Notes under the pieces: generated by a model
The model's database searches: none
Told to the model about the DNA's origin: nothing
Seen by the model: only the letters and a program-made list of their open reading frames with translations
In this document: positions 9,833-18,576 of the stretch, piece by piece
Position numbering within the stretch: the first letter of the stretch is position 1
Layout of the letters: each line of letters starts with the position of its first letter
NCBI GenBank assembly: GCA_038245295.1
Contig: JBBRSP010000008.1
Coordinates: 64,001 to 128,000 of the forward strand
Direction: 5' to 3'
DNA: 64,000 nucleotides
Source: Candidatus Binatia bacterium
GTDB lineage: Bacteria; Desulfobacterota; Binatia; HRBIN30
Position numbers and translations under genes: made by a program

Positions 9833-10706
9833 CGCCAGATTCCTTCCGGGTCGGTGCCGCTTCCTCGTCCTCGTTGAACACGTAGAGACCGACGTTCAAC
9901 CGCTGCGACGATCCTGGCAATCCAGAGGTCTCTTTTTGCAACTGCAGGGCGCACGCGTTGATTTCCTGTAGGACTTCCATGCCCCGACGTTGCGCCAGCT
10001 CCTTGAGCTCGGCGACGGCGGCGGGGCTCAGGTTGTTGTAGTTGACGCTGCGCTCGAGCAACGGCGGGGTTTGGCCCAAGACATTGTGTACCGCCGCGGC
10101 GGTATGATCGTGCAGATTGCGACCGAAGTAGTACGTCATCTCTTCCGAACCTGGAGCTGCCACGAATGCCTGCGCATCGAGGCGGACGCAATCATCGGCA
10201 TCGAGATGCGCGACGCCGAGGCGCAGCCATTCATCGAGTACGACGCGCGGACGAATATCCTTGTTGACTGTCCGTACCAGAGATTCGAAGCTTTGCTCGA
10301 TCCGCTTGCGCGGCAGTCGCGGTAAAGGTCTCGGCTGGCCCTGCGCATCGAGGTATTCTGGGATCGTCGTCCAACGAGCGATGAGCTGTGATGCAAGCGA
10401 AGCCGTGCGTGAAGGCTTCGGTGTCGGGTGCCGGTCGTCGCGCAGGCGGCGTACGTCCTTGCGGTGCACGCCTGTAAGGAGGCTGATGCGACTGTCGGTC
10501 TGGCGTTTTCCCGCGACGGGGAACTCGTCGACCGCGAGCTCAATATAGAGGCCGCGCAGAATGTTGGAGACCGATGGGAAGAGCAGATTGCGGCTGATCA
10601 GCAAGCGGACCAATGGACGAAGGATACGACGAACCGCCGCGCTCAGCCCCGGATTGGGGTCTTCGGGCGTCCCTATCGACTCGCTCTGGTCCTTGTCCAC
10701 AGCCAT
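9822..10706 (-). CDS. DUF6502 family protein (probable HTH-containing)
   Basis: ILRPLVRLLI, SRISLLTGVHRKDVRRL, SFESLVR..DIRPRVVLDE, NLHDH..AAVHN, ERSV.Y. Overlaps the DUF5666 gene start. Confidence 0.82.
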   Translation of the reverse strand: MAVDKDQSESIGTPEDPNPGLSAAVRRILRPLVRLLISRNLLFPSVSNILRGLYIELAVDEFPVAGKRQTDSRISLLTGVHRKDVRRLRDDRHPTPKPSRTASLASQLIARWTTIPEYLDAQGQPRPLPRLPRKRIEQSFESLVRTVNKDIRPRVVLDEWLRLGVAHLDADDCVRLDAQAFVAAPGSEEMTYYFGRNLHDHTAAAVHNVLGQTPPLLERSVNYNNLSPAAVAELKELAQRRGMEVLQEINACALQLQKETSGLPGSSQRLNVGLYVFNEDEEAAPTRKESGDDR

Positions 10707-10745
10707 CTATTTTCTCTTTAACACAGAAATTCTCTTTAAAACATA

Positions 10746-10774
10746 TTGACGTGTGACTTTTTCCCACATATTTT
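10746..10774 (+). promoter_or_regulatory. candidate sigma70 promoter for the protease gene, with an imperfect palindrome in the spacer
   Basis: TTGACG-17 bp-TATTTT. GTGTGA-N5-TCCCAC at 10751-10767. AT-rich divergent intergenic region. Confidence 0.5.
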
Positions 10775-10799
10775 CACCGTCGTCTAGCGAGACGCAGAA

Positions 10800-12230
10800 A
10801 TGGAGTACGCCGCAATGAAGTTGTCGTGGACGAACCGTATGAGCAGCCCGCTCCGCATCAGGTTGCTCGTTCTGTTCTTGATGAGTTGCGTCGGTACGAC
10901 GCGGCGCGGGGCGGCGCAACAGACTTCCTCGTATGTTCCGCACATCGTCAATGGTCAGATCACGTCGGCCTACCCGTCGACCGGTCTTTTCCTGGCCTTC
11001 GACGATACGGCGGCCACCAGTCTTTACGGCCTGTGCTCCGGAACTCTGGTCGGTTGCCAAACCTTTGTTACAGCGGCGCACTGCGTCTGCCCCGACTCAA
11101 CTACCGACGCTTCCGGTTGCCTGCTCCTCGGCCTTCAGGACCCGGCGACAATCCGGATCTTCCTGCCCAATGCCGGCCTCTTCGAAGTCAGCAGTGTCAG
11201 CATCGCGCCGAACTATGACTTCGCTGTTCACGGCGACGTCGCGGTGGTCAAGCTGGCGAAGCGGGTGACGGGCATTGCGCCGACCGCACTCAATACGACC
11301 AAACGCGTCGACCCGGGCGCACAGGTCAAGATCGTCGGCTACGGCACCACCAAGGGCGGACGATTCTCAGCCGACGACAGTGGCATCAAACGCGAGGGTG
11401 TCGTTTCTACATCGACGTGTCCGAGCGACATTCCTGACGACCAACATGTCTGCTGGCAGTTCGACGGCCAGGGTTCGAACGGCTGCTCGGGCGACTCGGG
11501 TGGTCCCTTGTTTGTCGACTTTGGGACGGGCCCGCTATTGGCGGGAATTACGTCCGGTGGGAACACCAGTGATTGCCTGCCGCCGGACATCGGCTTCGAT
11601 ACGGATGTCTTCGTGAATCGCAGTTGGATCCAGGACACGGCCGGCAGCGATCTCACGACGCAGAGCTGCGATCTTGCGGCGGTAGGCAGCGGCGGCGTCA
11701 CGACGACGTCGACGACCGGCCAGTTCACGACCGCCAGCTCTGGGGCAAGTCTTTCTGTCGACGTTCCCGCCGGGACCTCGTTGTTGCGCGTCGCCCTGAA
11801 TGGCCAGTTGGGGTTCGGAACTCGCCCGGGTAGCGATTCGAACGACTTCGATCTGTTCTTGCGTTACGGCAACCAGCCAACGGCGCAGACCTTCGACTGC
11901 GCCGATACCAATCCGACCACTTTTGGATTCTGTGAGATCGCCGCGCCGCAAGCCGGCACCTGGCATGTGCTCGTACGTCGCAACAGCGGCGCCGGCGCGT
12001 ATCAGGTGACAACAACGCAGTTCAACCAGTCGACGGTTGCTGCCTGCACCGGTGATTGCAACGGCGATGGCCAGGTCACCGTTGATGAGTTGCTCACCGG
12101 CGTCAGTATCGCCCTCGGTGCGGATGCCGCTTTATGTCCAAGCTTCACCGTCGGAGTCGATGGCAGTGTGTCGATTGATCAACTGATCATGGCCGTCGGC
12201 TTTGCGTTGAATCAGTGTCCGGTTCGCTGA
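10800..12230 (+). CDS. secreted S1 (trypsin-like) serine protease with PPC domain and C-terminal dockerin-like domain
   Basis: IVNG mature N-terminus, TAAHC, DVAVV, GDSGGP, DFDLFLRYG (PPC), CTGDCNGDGQVTVDEL. True start may be 10815 or 10839. Confidence 0.88.
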   Translation: MEYAAMKLSWTNRMSSPLRIRLLVLFLMSCVGTTRRGAAQQTSSYVPHIVNGQITSAYPSTGLFLAFDDTAATSLYGLCSGTLVGCQTFVTAAHCVCPDSTTDASGCLLLGLQDPATIRIFLPNAGLFEVSSVSIAPNYDFAVHGDVAVVKLAKRVTGIAPTALNTTKRVDPGAQVKIVGYGTTKGGRFSADDSGIKREGVVSTSTCPSDIPDDQHVCWQFDGQGSNGCSGDSGGPLFVDFGTGPLLAGITSGGNTSDCLPPDIGFDTDVFVNRSWIQDTAGSDLTTQSCDLAAVGSGGVTTTSTTGQFTTASSGASLSVDVPAGTSLLRVALNGQLGFGTRPGSDSNDFDLFLRYGNQPTAQTFDCADTNPTTFGFCEIAAPQAGTWHVLVRRNSGAGAYQVTTTQFNQSTVAACTGDCNGDGQVTVDELLTGVSIALGADAALCPSFTVGVDGSVSIDQLIMAVGFALNQCPVR

Positions 12231-12485
12231 TGGGAGGGCCATCCGGCGTATCGTTGCGTAGCGTGAACGTGCAGCCAACTGCAGTGGATTTGCCGTTCAT
12301 GGTGCCGACGCGGACACGACCGCTGCAAACGGGAGCAGTGGGGGAGAAAGGAAGTACGCGAATGGAAAGGCCGACAGTGCGGGTACGCCGCACGGAGATG
12401 CCCTCCAACTCGGGCTAACGACGCCGCCCACGGTCGGCGTCGGCGATTGGAAACTCACCACAATGGACTTGAAGGAGATTCACTC

Positions 12486-12926
12486 ATGAAGCATCTGAAA
12501 CTGTTCTTGTTCGCCATGGTCCTCCTGGCGGCATTTGTCCTGCAAGCATCGGCGCATGGCCACGGCGGGCATGGTGGTGGACCGGATGGTCCTGGCGGAC
12601 CGCCGGATCGTCTGCCGGGTGGTCGTCCCTTCGGACGATTGGTGGATCGTCTCATCGATCCGTGCCGCGACGACTGTCGTACCGCGTCGCGTACCTGCGG
12701 CGAAGCCACGGAAGACGCCGCCTTCAGCTGTGCCCAGACGACGTGTGCTGATTCGATCACCGCGGCGCAGAGCGCTTGCGCCACCGATCGTTCCGCCCAG
12801 ACTTGTCGCGACGCGGTAGATGTCCTGCGCACCTGTGTTACCCCCTGCCTCGACGAGCAGTCGACCGCTCGCACAACGTGTGTGACGACACTGCGTGCCT
12901 GTCTGGATGCCTGCGCGGCCAACTGA
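12486..12926 (+). CDS. secreted His/Gly-tipped 12-Cys protein
   Basis: RBS AAGGAG. Signal peptide ending ASA, then HGHGGHGG, then 12 Cys. Confidence 0.75.
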   Translation: MKHLKLFLFAMVLLAAFVLQASAHGHGGHGGGPDGPGGPPDRLPGGRPFGRLVDRLIDPCRDDCRTASRTCGEATEDAAFSCAQTTCADSITAAQSACATDRSAQTCRDAVDVLRTCVTPCLDEQSTARTTCVTTLRACLDACAAN

Positions 12927-13060
12927 GCCGAACTGTCCGTAACAACACAACGGGGGCGCACATCTGGTGTGCCCCCGCTGATTGCGCGTGAGCGCCTCCG
13001 CTGTGGTCATCGGCCGATTCACGATTGCAGCACGACCGCGAAGCGCCTACCACCCACCCG

Positions 13061-13870
13061 ATGCGAGGCTTGATTGGGTGTTTGGTTTGCGGCGCCAGTG
13101 CGGCTCTCGCGCTTGTCCTCCTGTGGCCAACCATCGGGCTGGCAGCGGACGCCCCCAAACTCAGTGTCGGTCTCGGCTACCATTTCAGCTCCGGAAAATA
13201 CGGCACGTCGAGCACCACGGAGATCGGTTACATCCCACTCGCCTTCAAGCTGGCGACAGCCCGATGGGCGCTCCAGGCCACAGTGCCCTATTTGCGTATC
13301 AGTGGTCCTCCGGGCGTCGTGCAAGGGCCCAATGGCGTTGTTCAGACGGTCGGCGGCGAGTCCGACGGCCTCGGCGACATTCTCGGGCGCGCCTCCTATA
13401 CCATCTGGCCGCACGACCAATGGTTCCCCTGGGTGGAGTTCATTGGCCGCGTGAAGTTTCCGTCGGCCAGTCGTCATGACGGGCTTGGCACCGGCAAGTT
13501 CGACTATGGCACTGAAATCGAGTTGTCGTGGAACATCGGCAAGCTGACGCCGTTTGTCGGCGGTGGCTATCGCTTCCTTGGTAGTCCTCCGGGATTCGTG
13601 CTCAGCGACGTGTTCGTTGGCTCCGGTGGTGCGATGTACCACCTCTCGGATTCCCTGAATGCCGGCGTCTTTATCGACTATCGTGAATCACCGTCGGCAA
13701 GCTCTGGCGAACGCCTCGACCTCATCCCATTCGTGACCTGGAAGCTTGAGCGCCAATGGTCGGTTGACACCTACGTTTCGGCCGGACTCGCCAAGGGCAG
13801 CCCCGACGTCGGTACGGGAATGCAGCTGACCTACACGTTGCCCGACGAGTTGCTCGGTTCCTCGCACTGA
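13061..13870 (+). CDS. outer-membrane beta-barrel 'transporter' family protein (MetA-pathway-of-phenol-degradation-like)
   Basis: Signal peptide, GYHFSSGKYG, GLGDI, VKFPSA...GLGTGKFDY, amphipathic strands. Confidence 0.65.
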   Translation: MRGLIGCLVCGASAALALVLLWPTIGLAADAPKLSVGLGYHFSSGKYGTSSTTEIGYIPLAFKLATARWALQATVPYLRISGPPGVVQGPNGVVQTVGGESDGLGDILGRASYTIWPHDQWFPWVEFIGRVKFPSASRHDGLGTGKFDYGTEIELSWNIGKLTPFVGGGYRFLGSPPGFVLSDVFVGSGGAMYHLSDSLNAGVFIDYRESPSASSGERLDLIPFVTWKLERQWSVDTYVSAGLAKGSPDVGTGMQLTYTLPDELLGSSH

Positions 13871-13905
13871 TTGCTTCACCCGAAGCTGCGGTTCAGTAAC
13901 GACTG

Positions 13906-14030
13906 CGCAGGCTGAAGCCTGCGCCTACCACCTGCCTGTCCGATGCTGAGATCGGTAGGCGCAAGCGTCAGCTTGCGGTTCCCCCAGCCTGTCCGACGCA
14001 GAAATCGGTAGGCGCAAGCTTCAGCTTGCG
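13906..14030. repeat. GTAG-type REP cluster (3 copies)
   Basis: GTAGGCGCARGCTTCAGCYTGCG at 13906-13928 (minus), 13955-13977 and 14008-14030 (plus). Confidence 0.85.
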
Positions 14031-14117
14031 GTTCGAGAGCATCAGGGAATGGCGCACTCTGGGAGGGCGCTCGAAACGTAATTGCCGCTCGTGCCGCGGC
14101 GGACTAAGACGACGCTC

Positions 14118-15104
14118 ATGCAAACACGCACGTTGGGGAATAAGGGTCCGCACGTTTCGCGGCTCGGTCTGGGATGTATGGGCATGTCGGAATTCTACGG
14201 CGCGCGCGACGAGAAAGAGTCGATTGCGACAATCCATCGCGCCCTCGAGTTGGGCGTCAACTTTCTCGACACGGCGGACATGTACGGCCCGTTCACCAAC
14301 GAAGAGCTCGTCGGCCGCGCCATTCGTGATCGTCGCGACAACGTGGTGTTGGCAACCAAGTTCGGCATCGTCCGCGGGTCGACGCCGCAGGATCGCAGCA
14401 TCTGCGGCAAGCCGGAGTATGTGCACCAGGCATGCGACGCCAGCCTGCGTCGCTTGGGCGTCGACGTCATCGATCTCTACTATCAGCACCGCGTTGATCC
14501 GGCGGTGCCAATCGAGGAGACCGTGGGCGCCATGGCGCAGCTGGTGAAGGCCGGCAAGGTGCGCCATCTCGGGCTCTCCGAAGCGAGTGAGCAGACTCTG
14601 CGCCGCGCCAGCGCGGTGCACCCGATCGCCGCCTTGCAGAGCGAGTACTCCTTGTGGAGCCGCGATCCGGAAGACGGCATCCTGCAAACCTGTCGCGGGC
14701 TCGGCATCGGGTTCGTTGCGTACAGTCCGCTCGGGCGTGGCTTTCTCACTGGCCAGATCAAACGTTTCGAGGACCTCGAGGCTGACGACTACCGCCGCTT
14801 CTCGCCACGATTCCAGGGCGAGAACTTCGACAAGAACCTCCACCTCGTCGCCCGTATCGAGCAGATGGCAGCCAGGAAGGAGTGTACGACGTCGCAGCTG
14901 GCGTTGGCGTGGGTGCTGGCGCAGGGCGACGACATTGTGCCGATCCCCGGCACCAAGCGCCGTACCAACCTGGAGCAGAACGTCGGCGCCATCGATGTCG
15001 CCTTGAGCGCCGCCGACCTGGCGCATATCGAAGAGATCGCCCCGAAGGGTGCCGCGGCTGGATTGCGTTATCCCGCGGCGATGATGGGCTTCGTGAATCA
15101 GTAG
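14118..15104 (+). CDS. aldo/keto reductase
   Basis: [41 protein letters not shown]. Confidence 0.95.
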   Translation: MQTRTLGNKGPHVSRLGLGCMGMSEFYGARDEKESIATIHRALELGVNFLDTADMYGPFTNEELVGRAIRDRRDNVVLATKFGIVRGSTPQDRSICGKPEYVHQACDASLRRLGVDVIDLYYQHRVDPAVPIEETVGAMAQLVKAGKVRHLGLSEASEQTLRRASAVHPIAALQSEYSLWSRDPEDGILQTCRGLGIGFVAYSPLGRGFLTGQIKRFEDLEADDYRRFSPRFQGENFDKNLHLVARIEQMAARKECTTSQLALAWVLAQGDDIVPIPGTKRRTNLEQNVGAIDVALSAADLAHIEEIAPKGAAAGLRYPAAMMGFVNQ

Positions 15105-15135
15105 AACAAATCGGCGCGCGCCAAAGGCTGCGTTC

Positions 15136-15972
15136 CTAGAGCGGCAAGGAGGTGCGGAAGAGGATGAAGCGGCTCAACATCTCGCCAACCACGACTGATA
15201 GGATGGCAATGTAGAACAGACCAGTGGCGGCCATCGTTTGCGGGATCTTGAGTGTCTGCCAGATCATCCAGGCAAAGCCCGCCGAGGCGACGGGACCGGC
15301 GAGCAATCGGGCTAGAAGCAGCATGTCGTGTTCGTTGAGTAGGCGCTGCAGGGCCGCGCCACTGGGCGCCGTACCGATGATGGCAATCAGACCGCACGAG
15401 ACGGCGATCGAGCCGACTTGCAAGCCGATCGTCGTCGCGAAGAACTTGAGCATCGTGCGAAACGGTTCGATCGAGAGCTCGTTGTCGATGAGGTACCAGT
15501 GGCCGAGCAGCATGCCGGTCGTCACGGCGCCAAGCACCAACGAGGAAATCACGAAGCTGATCGGGTAGAGAATCGTTTCGATCGACAGCCAACCGCCGAG
15601 GCGAAAGGCTTGTGCGCCGAGCGCCAAGGCCAAGATCGCACCCATCCAACACACAACAAAGGCGCGTGCCCGCTGCGCATAGTTCTCGCCCCACAAGCTG
15701 CGCACGTAGACAATGCCTGCGGCCAGGGAGAGGACCCACACGACCAGCTCGATGATGTCGAGTGTCGTAGTCGGGCGAGCGTTGGTTGTCGGGCTGACAA
15801 TGAGCGCGATGCGACCGGCAAAGGCCAAGAGACCGAAGCCGACGTAGATCCCCGCTGTCGATTTGTAGAAGCCACGCTCGATATCGTGGAACGGCGGGAT
15901 GGCAATGGCCAGCATGCCGCCCGCGTAGAGCTCGGCGAAGACCAGCAAGAAGCAGCGCGCCAGGATGTCCAT
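15136..15972 (-). CDS. polytopic membrane protein (DmsC/NrfD-like, GMLLGHWYL family)
   Basis: About 8 TM segments, GMLLGHWYL and ATGLFY...GE motifs. Confidence 0.65.
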   Translation of the reverse strand: MDILARCFLLVFAELYAGGMLAIAIPPFHDIERGFYKSTAGIYVGFGLLAFAGRIALIVSPTTNARPTTTLDIIELVVWVLSLAAGIVYVRSLWGENYAQRARAFVVCWMGAILALALGAQAFRLGGWLSIETILYPISFVISSLVLGAVTTGMLLGHWYLIDNELSIEPFRTMLKFFATTIGLQVGSIAVSCGLIAIIGTAPSGAALQRLLNEHDMLLLARLLAGPVASAGFAWMIWQTLKIPQTMAATGLFYIAILSVVVGEMLSRFILFRTSLPL

Positions 15973-15999
15973 GAAATCTTTCTATGCGCTCTCGGATTA

Positions 16000-16307
16000 G
16001 AGACTGTTGATTTTCTCTGATCGCGCGTTTGAAGGCGTACAAACACCTCCGTCATTCCGGTGGAAGAGTCTGTCGATTTTCTCTGATTCGTCGTTTGAAA
16101 CAGCGCAAACAACCCCCGTCATACCGGCGAAAGCCGGTATCTCGCCAGCATTCGAGGCTTCCAGCAGGGGGAGATCCCGGTTTTCACCGGGATGACGTTG
16201 CTCCACTTTGGTTTTACGACACACTCTTTCGCCGGACGTTGCTTCATTTCAGTTTATCGACAGTCTCCTTCGCCGACGGGGTGGCATCCGAGTTTATCGA
16301 CTGTCTC
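16000..16307. mobile_element. nested/compound copies of the GAGACTGTCGA MITE carrying CGTC-type REP hairpins
   Basis: Left ends at 16000 and 16066, right ends at 16226, 16267 and 16307. Core 16066-16226 closely resembles 37930-38089. Confidence 0.75.
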
Positions 16308-16308
16308 C

Positions 16309-16689
16309 TTAGCCGCTGTGCGCGACGAGACCATCTCGTCCGTTGAAACGCCGCCGGTACCAGTCGTGAACCAGACCGGCCGTCATGACGAAGAGTCCCG
16401 TCAACGTCAGTAAGCGGCCGCCGGCATGAACGATCTGGTAAAAGTCGAGCTTGGCCCCGATCAGGTCCGTATTGTCGGTGACGCCCTGGAACGGCCGCAG
16501 TAAGGTTGCGTTCGTGCGCGCCGACAGCTCGCGGAATTCAACGAAGCGCCCCACGCGCAACGGGCGTTCCGATTTGCTGAGCAACCGCTCGTACTCGGCG
16601 ACCTTGCGGGCGCCGACGATCCAGTTGCCGATCCCGAGCAGCAGGAGAACGAGCCCGACCGGCACGAATCCGCTGCGCCAAATGCTCAT
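16309..16689 (-). CDS. hypothetical two-TM membrane protein
   Basis: 126-aa ORF with N- and C-terminal hydrophobic helices filling the gap before meaB. Confidence 0.65.
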   Translation of the reverse strand: MSIWRSGFVPVGLVLLLLGIGNWIVGARKVAEYERLLSKSERPLRVGRFVEFRELSARTNATLLRPFQGVTDNTDLIGAKLDFYQIVHAGGRLLTLTGLFVMTAGLVHDWYRRRFNGRDGLVAHSG

Positions 16690-16826
16690 GGGCCAGCGGT
16701 TAGCATAGGGCCCTGGGGTGCAGAAGGGACTGCCGGTTGAAAGGTTGCACAGCCGTTTCCGTGATTGCGCGCCCTGAGGACGTTGGTTAGAAGCTCAGCC
16801 AGTCCTCTCCTCAGGACGGGCAGGCA

Positions 16827-17813
16827 ATGAGCACGGAAAACCTCTTGCAGCAAATGTTGGCCGGAGACCGGCGGGCCTTGGCTCGCCTGATGACCCTGGT
16901 CGAAAACAATCATCCGGACACCGCGCTCATCCTGAGCGCCGCCCATCAGCGCGACGGCGAAGCGTACATCATTGGTATCACCGGCCCTCCGGGGGCGGGG
17001 AAGTCGACCCTGGTCGATCGCCTCATTGGCCTCCTGCGCGCCGCAGGACAGAGCGTCGGCGTCGTGGCGATCGATCCCTCCAGCCCGTTCTCCGGCGGTG
17101 CGGTGCTGGGCGATCGCATCCGCATGCAGAGTCACTACCTGGATTCCGGCGTCTTCATCCGCAGCATGAGCACGCGCGGTAGCCACGGCGGCTTGTCGCG
17201 CGCCACGCGTCACGTCAGCCAGCTACTACGCGCCTTTGGTAAACAATTCATCATCATCGAGACGGTCGGTGTTGGCCAAACCGAGCTCGACGTGATGGGT
17301 ATCGCGGATACGACCATTGTCGTGTTGGTGCCGGAAGCCGGGGATACGGTACAGGCCATGAAAGCCGGCCTCCTGGAGATCGCCGACATCTTCGTCATCA
17401 ACAAGGCGGATCGCGACGGCGCCGCCCGCATCAAGGCGGATCTCGAGATGATGTTGCAATTGCGTCCGGCGGCGGAGTGGACGGTTCCCGTCTTGCTCAC
17501 CAAGGCTTCCGAAGCCGTGGGTGTCGCCGAATTGCTGGCCGCCGTGAATCAGCACCGCGAGTTCAAGCAGCATTGCGGGATCGATCCGCAGGTTGCCGAA
17601 GCCGCGCGTCGCGACGAATTCATCGACGTGCTCAACGCCGAGATTAGCCGGCGTGTCAAAGACGGCCTCACGCAGGGGAAGCTCGATGACATGTTGGGCC
17701 GCATTCGACGCGGAGAGATCGATCCGTATCGGGCTGCGCTGCAGGTTGTGGCGGACTACTCCGGTCTCGCCGCCCTGATGCGCCCGGCCGCAGCCCTGGA
17801 CAGTGAACCATGA
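16827..17813 (+). CDS. meaB: methylmalonyl-CoA mutase-associated GTPase MeaB/ArgK
   Basis: GPPGAGKST, DPSSPFSGGAVLGDRIRM, ETVGVGQ, NKAD. Confidence 0.93.
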   Translation: MSTENLLQQMLAGDRRALARLMTLVENNHPDTALILSAAHQRDGEAYIIGITGPPGAGKSTLVDRLIGLLRAAGQSVGVVAIDPSSPFSGGAVLGDRIRMQSHYLDSGVFIRSMSTRGSHGGLSRATRHVSQLLRAFGKQFIIIETVGVGQTELDVMGIADTTIVVLVPEAGDTVQAMKAGLLEIADIFVINKADRDGAARIKADLEMMLQLRPAAEWTVPVLLTKASEAVGVAELLAAVNQHREFKQHCGIDPQVAEAARRDEFIDVLNAEISRRVKDGLTQGKLDDMLGRIRRGEIDPYRAALQVVADYSGLAALMRPAAALDSEP

Positions 17814-18544
17814 GCGCGGCGCGTTGGTTCGTCATCGGTGATATTCACGGCTGCATCGCCGAGGTCGACCGACTGCTCGAACACATCGCGCCCACCGCAC
17901 TCGATACGATCATTTTCCTGGGCGACTATGTTGATCGCGGCCCCGATGCGAAAGGCGTCATCGAACGCCTCGTACGGTTGGCGAGCGAAGGGCCACACTG
18001 TGTCTTCCTCAAGGGCAACCACGAGGACATGTTTCTTTCCTATCTCGGATTGCCGGGCAACTACGGCAACGTGTTTGTTGCCAACGGTGGTGGTCCGACC
18101 CTGCGTAGCTATGGCATGGACGAGAAGGCGGGGGCCGCGGCGTTGCCGTTGCTGCCGCCTTCGCACCGCCTGTTCCTCGAGTCGCTGCAGATCACGCACG
18201 AGATTGGCCCGTTCGTTTGTGTCCACGCCGGTTTCCTGCCGCAGCGCGCTCTCGACGACCAAAGAGAAGAAGACATGTTGTGGGTGCGCGATGAGTGGGT
18301 GCGGGCGCGGCATTCCTACGATCGGACGGTTCTTTTCGGCCACACTCCGCGGCGGGATGTCTACCGCCACATGCCATACAAGATCGGCCTGGATACGGGT
18401 TGCGTATACTGGAATAAATTGAGTTGTCTCGAACTTGTCAGCGGATCGCTGTTGCAGATCCAGCGCGGCAGTCGGCTCGTGAATGGCGCCGATCTGCAGC
18501 GCGCCGTAATTCAGGAGGGTGCTGTCTGGCCTCAAATCCGATAG
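17810..18544 (+). CDS. metallophosphoesterase (PPP/PrpA-like)
   Basis: GDIHG, GDYVDRG, GNHE, HAG, GHT, DTG. Confidence 0.92.
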   Translation: MSAARWFVIGDIHGCIAEVDRLLEHIAPTALDTIIFLGDYVDRGPDAKGVIERLVRLASEGPHCVFLKGNHEDMFLSYLGLPGNYGNVFVANGGGPTLRSYGMDEKAGAAALPLLPPSHRLFLESLQITHEIGPFVCVHAGFLPQRALDDQREEDMLWVRDEWVRARHSYDRTVLFGHTPRRDVYRHMPYKIGLDTGCVYWNKLSCLELVSGSLLQIQRGSRLVNGADLQRAVIQEGAVWPQIR

Positions 18545-18576
18545 AGGTTTGCACTCGTCGCCGCTGGCGGCTCATC

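Noticed and set aside
13906..14034. CRISPR-like repeat/spacer appearance of the REP clusters (also 29405-29545 and 40263-40338)
   Set aside because: Only 2-3 units, often in mixed orientation, intervening sequences often duplicated rather than unique, copies dispersed through the window, and no cas genes.
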